Source: Candidatus Altiarchaeota archaeon
Lineage (GTDB): Archaea; Altiarchaeota; Altiarchaeia; IMC4; SCGC-AAA252-I15
Length of the DNA stretch: 50,115 nucleotides
Direction: 5' to 3'
Assembly: GCA_043800255.1 (NCBI GenBank)
Contig: JAZDNF010000012.1
Location: 1 to 50,115 of the forward strand
Shown here: positions 36,595 to 46,148 of the stretch, one piece after another
Position numbering within the stretch: position 1 is the first letter of the stretch
Layout: each line of letters starts with the position of its first letter
Position numbers and translations under genes: made by a program
Notes under the pieces: generated by a model
The model's database searches: none
Seen by the model: the letters and a program-made list of their open reading frames with translations, nothing else
What the model was told of the DNA's origin: nothing

Positions 36595-37882
36595 CATTCT
36601 CCAGCAGCAGCTTTCTTATGTCTCCGACAAAGAATATTGAGCCTGAGAAGACTAAAATGTCATCTTCTCCGGAGAGGCTTCTCGCCGTCTGTATGGACTC
36701 TTTGGCAGAAGCTGCGGCAGTGCACTTCGCTCCCATGCGCTCTATCTTATCGCGTAACACGTTAGGGGAGGCGGCCTGCGGATGGTTTGACCTGGCTACT
36801 ATAACATGCTTTGCGACAGGCAGCAATTGGGAGAGTATGCCATCAATGTCCTTATAGTCTGATACGCCGATTGAGAGTATGAACTTCCTGTCTCCGAAGT
36901 GCTGTCGCAGTGACTCCTTCAGCGTCCTTGCCCCATCAGGGTTGTGGGCGCAGTCTAATACAGTCTTAGGTCTAATGTCCAAGACTTCGAACCTGCCAGG
37001 CCAGACCGCGGAGACAAGCCCGGACCGTATCGCATCCTCAGGCACATCAACTCCACCAGCATTCAGGACATCCAATGCTGTGACAGCAGCGGCGGCGTTT
37101 TTTATCTGATGCACGCCCATGAAGCGTATGGCAATATTCTCATGTAATCTGATTCCATCAACATCGAAGACCTGCTTCAAGTGGCTGATTTTCTTAATTT
37201 TATAGCTGACATCCTTCCCGACAACATGCAATTTTGAGCTCCTCTGACATGTTCTTTCAAAAAGGGAGAGTGTCTTAGGATCCTCCTCGGAGGTTACGAC
37301 AGGCACCCCCTCTTTTATTATCCCAGCCTTCTCTCGTGCGATGTCAAGAACGGAATCGCCGAGCACCTCCCTATGGTCCATCTGGACATTGGTTATTACC
37401 GAAACCAGGGGAGTCAATACGTTAGTGGAATCAAGCCTCCCGCCGAGGCCGACCTCAACCACCGCAAGGTCAACGCCATTATCTGCGAAATACTTGAAGG
37501 CTATTGCCGTGATGACCTCGAAAAATGAAGGCTCGCCTACCGACTTATCATCCTGCATCCCGTTGATTAGGGGTATAGTCTCATCAAGCATCCTGGCAAG
37601 AACATCAGGGGGTATCTGGCTGCCGTCAGCCTGTATCCTCTCCGTGAATTCCATCAGATGAGGGGAGGTGTACATTCCGACACTGTGACCAGCCTCCATC
37701 AGGGAGGAGTATATCATCGCGCAAACCGAACCCTTCCCGTTGGTGCCGCCCACATGCACTGACTTAAATCGCATATGGGGGTTGCCCATCAGCTCCAAGA
37801 GATGCGCCGTATGCGACAGACGGAGTTTTATGCCGCTTTTCCTCAACGTGTACAAGTAGTCTAAAGCGCCGCCATAGTCCAT
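36587..37882 (-). CDS. folC: Folylpolyglutamate/dihydrofolate synthase
   Basis: 'VGGTNGKGS', 'YTSPHL', 'EVGLGGRLD.TN', 'WPGRFE', 'DCAHN'. Confidence 0.97.
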   Translation of the reverse strand: MDYGGALDYLYTLRKSGIKLRLSHTAHLLELMGNPHMRFKSVHVGGTNGKGSVCAMIYSSLMEAGHSVGMYTSPHLMEFTERIQADGSQIPPDVLARMLDETIPLINGMQDDKSVGEPSFFEVITAIAFKYFADNGVDLAVVEVGLGGRLDSTNVLTPLVSVITNVQMDHREVLGDSVLDIAREKAGIIKEGVPVVTSEEDPKTLSLFERTCQRSSKLHVVGKDVSYKIKKISHLKQVFDVDGIRLHENIAIRFMGVHQIKNAAAAVTALDVLNAGGVDVPEDAIRSGLVSAVWPGRFEVLDIRPKTVLDCAHNPDGARTLKESLRQHFGDRKFILSIGVSDYKDIDGILSQLLPVAKHVIVARSNHPQAASPNVLRDKIERMGAKCTAAASAKESIQTARSLSGEDDILVFSGSIFFVGDIRKLLLENDG

Positions 37883-37915
37883 GCCAGTTCATAATAAGAA
37901 CGTTGGCTATAAAAG

Positions 37916-39454
37916 CTAGTGTTTGAAGCAGCGGACGCCTGTGAAAACCATCGCCATCCTGTGCTCGTTTACAGCATCTATGACTTCAGCGTCCCGTATG
38001 GACCCGCCAGGCTGTATTACAGCCGTCACTCCTCCTTTAGCAGCCTCGTCAATGCCGTCCCTGAACGGGAAGAACGCATCAGACGCCATCATAGAACCCT
38101 CAGCCTTAGAGCCAGCCTTCTCGACCGCTATCTTCACAGCGTCAACCCTGCTCATCTGGCCTGCCCCGACCCCGACAGTATGGGTGTCCTTTGAGAGCAC
38201 TATCGAGTTCGAAGTGACGTGGCAGTTCACCTTCCACGCGAACAGCAGGGATCTTATCTCATCCTCCGACGGCTTCCTGCTGCTGACAACCTTAAGGCCC
38301 TTGGAGGAGACTGCCGCCTTTCCGGATGTCTGAACCAGCAGGCCGCTTCTCACCCTCTTCAAGTCAAGCATGCCGGGATTTGACCGCTCTATCGGAACCT
38401 CCAGCAGCCGGATGTTCTTCCTCTCCCTCAGCTTTTGCAATGCATCCTCATCGAAGCCCGGAGCCACGATAGCCTCTATGAAGTGGCCTTTCATCCTATC
38501 AACCGTCTTAAGGTCGACTTTTCTGTTGAATGAGACTATGCAGCCATAGGCTGATATTGGGTCGGAATCGTGTGCGAGAGAATAGGCTTCATCAAGGGAA
38601 TCCGAAGACGCAACCCCGCAGGGGTTCATGTGTTTCAGGACAGTTGCGGTGGGGTCGCTGAAGTCAGCCGCGACTTCAAGCGCGTCATTTATGTCCAGTA
38701 TGTTGTTATATGACGGCTGCTTTCCGTGGAGTTGTCTTGCGTTTGGAATCGAACTCCCAGCTGCCATGAGATCACTGTAGAATGCAGCAGACTGGTAGGG
38801 ATTCTCCCCATACCTCAAGTCGTACAGCTTCTTGAACTTTAATGTGAGGATGCCGGGAAAGATGCTAGCACTCTTGGATAGGTAGGCGTATATGGCAGCA
38901 TCATAACTTGATGAGTAGTCGAACGCCCGTACAGCGAGATTTCTTAGGGTTTCATGCTCGAGAGAGCCTCCGTTCTTCTCAAGCTCAGACGCTATCATCC
39001 CATAGGAGCCTGGATCCACGACAACAGCAACGTCCTTGAAGTTCTTGGCTGCCGCCCTTATCAGGGTTGAGCCGCCGATGTCAATCTGCTCGAGAGCGTC
39101 CTCCAAAGTTGCGCCCTTCTTCCGTATCGCCTCGGCGAAGGGGTAGAGGTTGACGACGACCATGTCAATAGGCTTTATCCCATGTTTGGAGATTTCGGCC
39201 ATGTGTCTTTTGTTTTCCCTTAAAGCCAGCAGGCCGCCGTGTATTTTCGGGTGCAGCGTCTTGACCCTGCCGTCGAGTATCTCCTCAAACCCTGTGAGAG
39301 AGGAGACCTCCTCAACCGTGACTCCGTTATCTTTCAGAAATTTGGCAGTGCCGCCGGTGGAGACAATCTGCACGCCAAGTTTGGCAAGGGTCTTAGAGAA
39401 GTCTGGCAAACGGGTCTTGTCCGAACAGCTTAGTAGGGCGCGCTTAACCTCCAT
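37916..39454 (-). CDS. purH: Bifunctional AICAR transformylase/IMP cyclohydrolase
   Basis: 'RALLS.SDK', 'STGGT', 'GRVKTLHP', 'LRYGENP.Q', 'KH.NPCG', 'ASDAFFPF', 'QPGGS.RD'. Confidence 0.97.
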   Translation of the reverse strand: MEVKRALLSCSDKTRLPDFSKTLAKLGVQIVSTGGTAKFLKDNGVTVEEVSSLTGFEEILDGRVKTLHPKIHGGLLALRENKRHMAEISKHGIKPIDMVVVNLYPFAEAIRKKGATLEDALEQIDIGGSTLIRAAAKNFKDVAVVVDPGSYGMIASELEKNGGSLEHETLRNLAVRAFDYSSSYDAAIYAYLSKSASIFPGILTLKFKKLYDLRYGENPYQSAAFYSDLMAAGSSIPNARQLHGKQPSYNNILDINDALEVAADFSDPTATVLKHMNPCGVASSDSLDEAYSLAHDSDPISAYGCIVSFNRKVDLKTVDRMKGHFIEAIVAPGFDEDALQKLRERKNIRLLEVPIERSNPGMLDLKRVRSGLLVQTSGKAAVSSKGLKVVSSRKPSEDEIRSLLFAWKVNCHVTSNSIVLSKDTHTVGVGAGQMSRVDAVKIAVEKAGSKAEGSMMASDAFFPFRDGIDEAAKGGVTAVIQPGGSIRDAEVIDAVNEHRMAMVFTGVRCFKH

Positions 39455-39502
39455 GAGAAAAAGCACCGTTTAAAGACTAGGACGGGGATGCTTAAAAGTG
39501 GT

Positions 39503-40198
39503 TCAGATGACGCCGAACAGTTTCTGCTTCGGCAGCAGTTCTATGCCCTGGCTTATCATGAAAGGCACGATCTTCGTCACATGGTTTGTGCCCCTCATCT
39601 TCAGTATTTCTATGGCCCTGTGCCTCGCGCTCTCCCTCCGCAGGTTGTACAACACGATGACGCCGTCCACTATGAATTCTATGACTCCGTGCCTCGAGTA
39701 GGCGTTGATGTTCTGCTCAGCCTCGGCTATCATCAGGGTCGTGCACTTGTGGTTCCTCAACCATCCTATCAGGCTCAGGATGTGCTTCCTGCGCTCGAAC
39801 TCGTCCTGTATCATCATCTCGATGCTGCTGATGGAGTCTATGATGACCCTCTGGGCGCTGATGTCGCTTATGCCGTCGACGATCTCGCCGTAGTCCTCCT
39901 TCACGACGTGCATGACATCCTTCGGGTCTATCCTGAGAATTTCGAGTTTCTTGTCCTTGATCAGCTTGTCAAGGTCCCAGCCGTGCCTCTTCATGTTCTC
40001 CTTCATAGGCTCGACGTCCTCCTCGAAGGTTATGTAGATGCCAGGCTCGTTTTGCTTTGCGCCTTCGACAAGGTACTGCATGCAGAAGGTAGTCTTCCCG
40101 CTGCCGCACCCGCCAGTAATAAGAATGTTGCTGTGCTTCCTGAAACCGCCCTCAATCATCTCATCGAGGCCCGGAATCCCAGAAGGTATCCTCTCCAT
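39503..40198 (-). CDS. KaiC/RAD55-like single-domain ATPase
   Basis: 'SGIPGLDEMIEGG', Walker A 'GGCGSGKT', 'YITFEE', 'IIDSIS', 'KMRGT.H'. Confidence 0.92.
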   Translation of the reverse strand: MERIPSGIPGLDEMIEGGFRKHSNILITGGCGSGKTTFCMQYLVEGAKQNEPGIYITFEEDVEPMKENMKRHGWDLDKLIKDKKLEILRIDPKDVMHVVKEDYGEIVDGISDISAQRVIIDSISSIEMMIQDEFERRKHILSLIGWLRNHKCTTLMIAEAEQNINAYSRHGVIEFIVDGVIVLYNLRRESARHRAIEILKMRGTNHVTKIVPFMISQGIELLPKQKLFGVI

Positions 40199-40236
40199 CA
40201 AATCACCCAAAACACTGTTTCATATTGAGCGAACAG

Positions 40237-41079
40237 TTATAAATACTGAAATTCTGCAGCAGAGACGGTATTCTGCAGCAGCATCGCAATCGTCAATGGG
40301 CCAACGCCGCCAGGAACCGGCGTTATCGCCTTCACCTTATGCTGCACTCCGCCGAAGTCGACGTCTCCGACGACCTTGCCGGCTTTCTTGCTTATGCCAG
40401 CATCTATAACGACCGCACCCTTTTGTACCATGCTGGCCGTTATTAGATTGGGTTTGCCAACCGCGGTGACAAGTATGTCAGCCTCGCGCGTATGGCTTCC
40501 GAGATTTCTTGTATGGACGTGGCACACTTCAACGGTCGCGTTGCGGTTTAGAAGCATCAGCGCCAGAGGCTTGCCGACGACAATAGAATGGTTCACTATG
40601 ACAACATTCTTGCCTTCCAGATTGGTTGTTTTCTCCAGCAGGTAGATTATGCCCTTCGACGTAGCTGGAGCGAAACTCTCATCAGAATACGCAAGCCGCC
40701 CTATGTTCGCAGGGTTGAAACCATCCACATCCTTTTCAGGCGAAATGCCTGCCAGAATCTCATAGACGTCGAACTTTTTCGGCAGGGGAAGCTGAACAAG
40801 TATCCCATTCACCTCGGGGCGTGAATTCAATCTGCCAATCAATTTCAGAACATCGCCCTGTTTAGCAGCCGAGGAAAGATTAAAATGCTCGGAGTAGATA
40901 CCAACCTCCCCGCAGGCGTTCTGCTTCAGTTTCAGATATAATTTGGAGGCAGAATCAGAGCCTACCGATACTGTGGCAAGACCTGGCCTGAAGCCCAGCG
41001 CAGTCAAACGTTTAACACGCGATCTAACCCTGCTCTTTATCTTCGAGGCATAAGCCGCGCCGTCGATAATCCTTTTCAT
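40237..41079 (-). CDS. folD: Methylene-THF dehydrogenase/cyclohydrolase
   Basis: 'GILVQLPLP', 'KDVDG', 'S.VVGKPLA', 'TPVPGGVGP'. Confidence 0.97.
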   Translation of the reverse strand: MKRIIDGAAYASKIKSRVRSRVKRLTALGFRPGLATVSVGSDSASKLYLKLKQNACGEVGIYSEHFNLSSAAKQGDVLKLIGRLNSRPEVNGILVQLPLPKKFDVYEILAGISPEKDVDGFNPANIGRLAYSDESFAPATSKGIIYLLEKTTNLEGKNVVIVNHSIVVGKPLALMLLNRNATVEVCHVHTRNLGSHTREADILVTAVGKPNLITASMVQKGAVVIDAGISKKAGKVVGDVDFGGVQHKVKAITPVPGGVGPLTIAMLLQNTVSAAEFQYL

Positions 41080-42320
41080 TCTAGGGGATAAAGCGGGAAC
41101 TTCGACGTCATATCCAACACCTGCTTACCCACCTTCTTCTTAACTCCAATATCATCAACGTTTTTCAGGACGTCAGATATCATGTCAGCGATTTTGACCA
41201 TCTCAGGCTCCCGCATACCTCTAGTCGTAACACAGGGAGTCCCGATCCTGATCCCAGAGGTCACGAACGGACTCTCAGTCTCGAACGGGATGGTGTTCTT
41301 GTTCAAGGTTATGTTAGCCTCCTCAAGCGCGTCCTTAGCAACCTTGCCGGTCAGCCCGTTAACCTTCACATTAACCAACATCAGGTGATTATCAGTCCCG
41401 CCGGAGACTAACGTGTATCTTTCCTCCAAAAGCCTTTTCGCAACAGCTTTGGAGTTTTTGACAATCTGCTCCTGATACTTCCTCCACTCGGGGGCTTCAG
41501 CTTCCTTAAAGCAGACCGCCTTGCCCGCGATTGAGTTCATGAAAGGTCCGCCCTGAGTACCTGGAAAGACGGACTTGTCAACTAACTTAGCATGTTCTGC
41601 TCTGCACAATATCATCGCCCCCCGCGGGCCTCTCAACGTCTTATGGGTTGTTGTTGTTACAAAATCGGCATACCCTATAGGAGAGGGATGAACGCCGGCT
41701 GCGATTAAACCTGCGATATGCGCGATGTCAGCCATCAGGTAAGCACCGACCTCATCGGCAACCTCTCTGAACCCCTTAAAGTCAATAATCCGGGGATAGG
41801 CGCTCGCACCGCACACGATAATCTTCGGCTTCGACTTCTTAGCTATGGCGGAAACCTCGGAAAAGTCTATCCGCTCATCATCCCTGCTGACGCCGTAAGA
41901 GACGGAATTGAAAATCTTCCCGGAGAAGCTAACCTGGGCGCCATGCGTCAGATGCCCGCCGGAATTCAAGTCCATGCCAAGTATGGTATCACCCGGCTTC
42001 AGAACGGCAAAATAGACCGCCATGTTCGCCTGGCTACCGGAATGCGGCTGAACGTTCGCATGCTCAGCCTTGAAAAGCCTCTTAGCCCTCTCAATGGCCA
42101 GAACCTCGGCTTCGTCAACGAACTCACAGCCCCCATAGTATCTCTTGCCAGGATAGCCTTCGGCGTATTTGTTAGTCAGAACCGAGGCCACAGCCTCGCT
42201 CACAGCGAAGCTCACATGGTTCTCAGAAGCTATAAGCTGCAGCTTACTGTTCTGCCGCACAGTCTCCTTCCTGACGATATCCGCAACCTCAGGATCAACA
42301 TCAACCAACGCAGCCAACAA
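41076..42320 (-). CDS. glyA: Serine hydroxymethyltransferase
   Basis: 'LIASEN', '[16 protein letters not shown]', 'GGHLTHG', '[13 protein letters not shown]'; TTG start. Confidence 0.97.
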   Translation of the reverse strand: MLAALVDVDPEVADIVRKETVRQNSKLQLIASENHVSFAVSEAVASVLTNKYAEGYPGKRYYGGCEFVDEAEVLAIERAKRLFKAEHANVQPHSGSQANMAVYFAVLKPGDTILGMDLNSGGHLTHGAQVSFSGKIFNSVSYGVSRDDERIDFSEVSAIAKKSKPKIIVCGASAYPRIIDFKGFREVADEVGAYLMADIAHIAGLIAAGVHPSPIGYADFVTTTTHKTLRGPRGAMILCRAEHAKLVDKSVFPGTQGGPFMNSIAGKAVCFKEAEAPEWRKYQEQIVKNSKAVAKRLLEERYTLVSGGTDNHLMLVNVKVNGLTGKVAKDALEEANITLNKNTIPFETESPFVTSGIRIGTPCVTTRGMREPEMVKIADMISDVLKNVDDIGVKKKVGKQVLDMTSKFPLYPLE

Positions 42321-42426
42321 ACCCTTCCTCGAGATTTAAACCACCTGCAATGACTTAGATATTAGCATAAAGTATAAAAGAATATACTATTTATCTAATG
42401 ATTCTATACTATTATCCACGATTTTT

Positions 42427-42533
42427 GGGCCCGTAGCCTAGCCTGGATAGGGCACCGGACTTCTAAGAATCCCCAAGAAAAAGAATGGGGCGGAGAAATC
42501 CGGAGATCGTGGGTTCGAATCCCACCGGGTCCG
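42427..42533 (+). tRNA. tRNA-Arg (TCT) with 32-nt intron (42466-42497) at position 37/38
   Basis: Acceptor GGGCCCG/CGGGTCC, anticodon stem CCGGA/TCCGG, TTCGAAT loop; BHB core helix CUUC/GGAG with two 3-nt bulges. Confidence 0.95.
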
Positions 42534-42596
42534 TTCGGCTGGAAATCCAGCCGGCAGATTGTGCTATCTTCGGCTTCTACCTCGATAGCACGTACT

Positions 42597-42661
42597 GTTT
42601 CTTTTTCGTGCACGTTTTTCTTTCCCAAAGAAAAAGGTGCTTCACAATCCCACCGGGTCCG
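42597..42661 (+). repeat. Palindromic element followed by a 16-bp copy (42646-42661) of the tRNA-Arg 3' end (42518-42533)
   Basis: gtttctttttcgtgcacgtttttctttcccaaagaaaaaggtgcttcac aatcccaccgggtccg. Confidence 0.88.
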
Positions 42662-42667
42662 CTTCCG

Positions 42668-42764
42668 CCCTTTTTCTTTAGACGCGAGGGAACTTCGTTC
42701 CCTGCGCCCAAGGAGCTTCGCTCCTTTGGGAAAAGAAAAAGTGCAGGTTGCCCAGAAAGAAAAC
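42668..42764 (-). repeat. Opposite-orientation palindromic element with two mini-hairpins in its loop
   Basis: ccctttttcttt..gggaacttcgttccc..ggagcttcgctcc..aaagaaaaagtg..gaaagaaaac. Confidence 0.75.
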
Positions 42765-42847
42765 ATTTGGGCGGCATTCGGCGGCTCGGCCGCCTCAGCC
42801 ACTTATTGCATCCTCCTCAGCTTTCTGCCTAAATGTCAAGTATTGCC

Positions 42848-42887
42848 TCTTTTCTTGTGTGTTTTTCTTTTCCAAAGAAAAACGTGC
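42848..42887 (+). repeat. Degenerate copy of the palindromic element
   Basis: tcttttcttgtgtgtttttcttttccaaagaaaaacgtgc. Confidence 0.65.
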
Positions 42888-42938
42888 TTAACAATTTTGT
42901 ACGGCGGATATTTTATTAGAACTTTTCATACTATTACC

Positions 42939-43673
42939 ATGGGGAACCACATAGAGCGAGATATGCCCTCACAGAAATCAAATGATTCTGTCTTTCCAAT
43001 ATTAAAGAATATACCATGTTTTGGGTCCAAATCTTGGTTGGGAGAGGGCCCACTCACGAAACAGATGAACAACATCAAGTCCATAAGCAATAAGCTCCAA
43101 CGCGATGGCTTGGAGAGCCTGTATGAGATTAGAGATTGGATATCGACAAACTTAGAAGATTATGGTGGTCCAAAAAAGAGGGCTAAGATTAAGGAAATTG
43201 TGGGTAAGGAGGTAACAGATTTGCTAAGAAAACGAGGTGCTGCGGACATAATCAATGACGGCTTTACAACTGGTTGTGGTGACGTCGCTATAGTATTTGC
43301 TACATTGGCAAGGAGTAAGGGCATGCCAGTCCAGTTTATTGAAGCGGTCCAAGAGGATTGTTTAAGGGAATTGAGTTTGGGTAGCAGGCATCAGTCGATG
43401 AAGGGGCATGTTTTCCTTAGGGTTAAAATCGGTGGAAAGTGGGTTCTTCTCGACCCTATGCAAAAATCCGCCGATGGCAAACGCCCAAATATTGACTTTT
43501 CAGATAAATGGTGTAACGAGTTTAAACCAGGGGGGATAATCAATGAACCCGAATCGAAGCAGGGAAGGTACATAATATACGGTATTGGCCTTGACAGTCA
43601 TGATATCGGGCTTCGTAGTTTTGAGGATATGAGGGAGAAATTCTTAGCATTCAGTAGAAGAATCTATCCATAG
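42939..43673 (+). CDS. Transglutaminase-like (Cys-His-Asp) domain protein
   Basis: 'GCGDVAIVFATLARSKGMP', 'GHVFL', 'WVLLDP'; ATG at 42939 because the track's extension is repeat DNA. Confidence 0.85.
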   Translation: MGNHIERDMPSQKSNDSVFPILKNIPCFGSKSWLGEGPLTKQMNNIKSISNKLQRDGLESLYEIRDWISTNLEDYGGPKKRAKIKEIVGKEVTDLLRKRGAADIINDGFTTGCGDVAIVFATLARSKGMPVQFIEAVQEDCLRELSLGSRHQSMKGHVFLRVKIGGKWVLLDPMQKSADGKRPNIDFSDKWCNEFKPGGIINEPESKQGRYIIYGIGLDSHDIGLRSFEDMREKFLAFSRRIYP

Positions 43674-43691
43674 AATATCGCCGGGTTCGTG

Positions 43692-43718
43692 CAACCTTTT
43701 TAGGAAAACGGTTAATCA
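43692..43718 (-). repeat. Short palindrome related to the 11769-11792 mini-element
   Basis: caacctttttaggaaaacggttaatca versus caaccttttccaaaggttgatca (reverse complement of the 11.77 kb copy). Confidence 0.5.
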
Positions 43719-43777
43719 GGGGGCATGGCATGCAATCCTCTTTCAGTTGATTAACTGCTAGAAACGCTGATTTTGGG

Positions 43778-44506
43778 TCATAAATTGGGATTGTCTCTCA
43801 CAAAAGTGTCAAATTTTTTCATGAACTCCGTTAGGTTATGTACCCCCATTTCATGACTATCATGACCTATTTCTATTATAATGTATGGCCCTTGTTTAGA
43901 TTCTGGTTCGTTGATTCTTTCTCCAACTTTCACTTCACGGCACCAGTTATGTTCTAAATCCACGTTTGGACCCCCTTCAGAATGATACCTTCTTCCTTGG
44001 TCAACTAAAATCCAATCACCTCCAATTTTTACCTCTGTAAATACATGGCCGGTATAATCGTTTACTTCCATTTTTTCGCCGGTATTTAACATGTTATATG
44101 CACTTTCGGTCATTGTCCTAACAAATCTCGTGGGAACACCTTTTGCCCTCAGTAGAGCGATATAAAGTGTTGCAAAGTCATTACAGTGTCGTGTGAAATG
44201 CTCGCCATCAATTTCATCAGTTAATATCCTATCAGCGGTTCTCTCCCAATCACTGATATGGATATCTCTTCTCCTTAGTTCATCATTGCCTTCTTTGCCA
44301 CCTAGGCTTGTAAAATTGCGTTTAATCCATTTGTGCACGTTTTTTACTGCATCCATTCCTTCCCCCGGTATTTTCTTGGCAGATTCTTTCACTCTGGGAG
44401 TCAGTTTGGTTGCAGGGCCACCTTGAAGCCAGTATTCATCAGACTCTAGGGGGGTTATCCCATCAAGCTCTGTTTGAGATGCTTTACGAAAGAATCGAAA
44501 TCTCAT
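43778..44506 (-). CDS. Transglutaminase-like domain protein, paralogue of 42939-43673
   Basis: 'HCNDFATLYIALLRAKGVP', 'GHVFT', 'WILVDQ'; shares 'INEPESKQG.YII..IG.DSH'. Confidence 0.85.
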   Translation of the reverse strand: MRFRFFRKASQTELDGITPLESDEYWLQGGPATKLTPRVKESAKKIPGEGMDAVKNVHKWIKRNFTSLGGKEGNDELRRRDIHISDWERTADRILTDEIDGEHFTRHCNDFATLYIALLRAKGVPTRFVRTMTESAYNMLNTGEKMEVNDYTGHVFTEVKIGGDWILVDQGRRYHSEGGPNVDLEHNWCREVKVGERINEPESKQGPYIIIEIGHDSHEMGVHNLTEFMKKFDTFVRDNPNL

Positions 44507-44709
44507 ATCAAGTCATAACATTTTATACTAACAGAGTATAAAACATTCCTTTCATCGCTTGACCATGCCAGTTGTAGAATTATGGGAATTCCCTGGTTGA
44601 CGACATGTTGTAGGTCTGGATGACGTTGAGAACTGTGTGGAATGTATATAAAAAGGCCTGTTTCCGTGTTTGATTTTTAAATACTGGTTTTAATAGATTA
44701 GGGATTAAA

Positions 44710-44880
44710 ATGGCCGAACTATTGGTTGTTAAGGCAAAAATCAAGGACTACGCCGGCGGTTTGAACGTCTCAGGCGACCTTGCTGAAGCGCTCAGCAAGA
44801 AGGTCGAAAGCGTCCTATCGGATGCTGTTGAGAGGGCGAAAGCCAACGGCAGGAAAACACTCAGACCGTGCGACCTTTAA
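44710..44880 (+). CDS. Short archaeal histone-fold protein (DUF1931/face-to-face type)
   Basis: Hand translation MAELLVVKAKIKDYAGGLNVSGDLAEALSKKVESVLSDAVERAKANGRKTLRPCDL (56 aa); 'RA..N.RKT...DL' signature; T-tract downstream. Confidence 0.92.
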   Translation: MAELLVVKAKIKDYAGGLNVSGDLAEALSKKVESVLSDAVERAKANGRKTLRPCDL

Positions 44881-44905
44881 GCTCTTTGCGGGGTGTGGAG
44901 GTCGT

Positions 44906-44920
44906 CTTTTTTTATTTTTT
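44906..44920 (+). terminator. Oligo-T terminator after the histone gene
   Basis: tctttttttattttttt tract about 25 nt past the stop codon. Confidence 0.5.
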
Positions 44921-44996
44921 AAACCTACTACCTAATTAGGATCCTGTGACCGCCTAAAAACAACTATTTTTTATATCCGCGAGTATTAGTATAATA

Positions 44997-46148
44997 ATGG
45001 ACAGAAGAACGATTTGGAAGCGCCTGGAGTCATACGATACTTCTAAAATCAGGATAGGGGCAATAGCATCCCATTCCGCGCTTGATATCGCTGACGGAGC
45101 CACAGAAGAAGGCTACACGCCAGTCCTATACTGCCAGCGTGGCAGGGAAAGAACATACACCAGATACTTCAGAACCCAGAAGATGGGCAGTCAGGCTCTC
45201 AGAGGATGCGTCGGCGAATACAAGGTCTATGAGAGATTCTCGCAGCTGATGCAGAAGAGAGAGCAGCAGAGCATGAGAGAGGACAACGTGTTGTTCATCC
45301 CTAACAGGTCGTTCACTTCCTACATAGACATCAACAGAATCGAAAAAGAATTCGAAGTGCCCATCGTCGGGAGCAGGAACCTGCTGACGTCAGAGGAAAG
45401 GGGAATAAAGAAGGACTACTACTGGCTGCTCAAGAAGGCGGATATGCCGTACCCGAAACAGATAAAAAAACCGGAGCAGATCAACAAGCTGGCTATCGTC
45501 AAGCTCCATCATGCGAAGAAGAGACTGGAGCGGGGATTTTTCACCGCAGCATCCTACGAAGAATACCTGGAGAAATCCAACCAACTGGTTAAACAGGGCG
45601 TGATAACAAAAAACGACCTCAAGAACGCGAGAATAGAGGAATATGTTATCGGACCGGTCTTCAACCTCGATTTCTTCTACAGCCCAATAGAAGATGAGAT
45701 GGAAAAGCTCGAGCTTCTGGGAGTGGATTGGAGGTTCGAGACAAGCCTTGACGGGCATGTCAGACTGCCAGCGCCGCAGCAGATGACAATGCGGGGGGCG
45801 CAGAAGATACCAGAGTACACTGTCTGCGGGCACAACTCCGCAACGCTCAGGGAATCGCTGCTGGACAATGCGTTTGAGCTTGGGGAAAGATACGTTAAGG
45901 CAACGCAAAAACACTATGAACCAGGCATAATAGGTGCATTCTGCCTTCAGACGTGCGTTGACAAAGACCTTAAGTTTCACATCTACGATGTTGCACCTCG
46001 TATTGGAGGAGGCACTAACGTCCACGTGTCCGTAGGACATCCCTACGGGAACGCCCTCTGGAGGAAACCAATGTCAAGCGGGAGGAGAACCGCACTAGAG
46101 GTAAGGCGGGCCGTAAGTCGGAACAGGTTAGGGGAGATAGTGACATAA
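44997..46148 (+). CDS. PurP-family ATP-grasp protein (FAICAR synthetase-like, DUF1246/DUF1297)
   Basis: 'IASHSALDI', 'IPNRSF', 'ERGFF', 'GH...TLRESLL', 'DVAPRIGGGTN'. Confidence 0.9.
   Translation: MDRRTIWKRLESYDTSKIRIGAIASHSALDIADGATEEGYTPVLYCQRGRERTYTRYFRTQKMGSQALRGCVGEYKVYERFSQLMQKREQQSMREDNVLFIPNRSFTSYIDINRIEKEFEVPIVGSRNLLTSEERGIKKDYYWLLKKADMPYPKQIKKPEQINKLAIVKLHHAKKRLERGFFTAASYEEYLEKSNQLVKQGVITKNDLKNARIEEYVIGPVFNLDFFYSPIEDEMEKLELLGVDWRFETSLDGHVRLPAPQQMTMRGAQKIPEYTVCGHNSATLRESLLDNAFELGERYVKATQKHYEPGIIGAFCLQTCVDKDLKFHIYDVAPRIGGGTNVHVSVGHPYGNALWRKPMSSGRRTALEVRRAVSRNRLGEIVT

Noticed and set aside
42466-42497. tRNA intron as a guide RNA or homing element
   Set aside because: Only 32 nt, a simple hairpin with no C/D boxes or ORF
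42404-42938. Track ORFs 42404-42802, 42485-42832, 42577-42777 and the 5' extension from 42561
   Set aside because: They overlap the tRNA and repeat elements and have low-complexity translations
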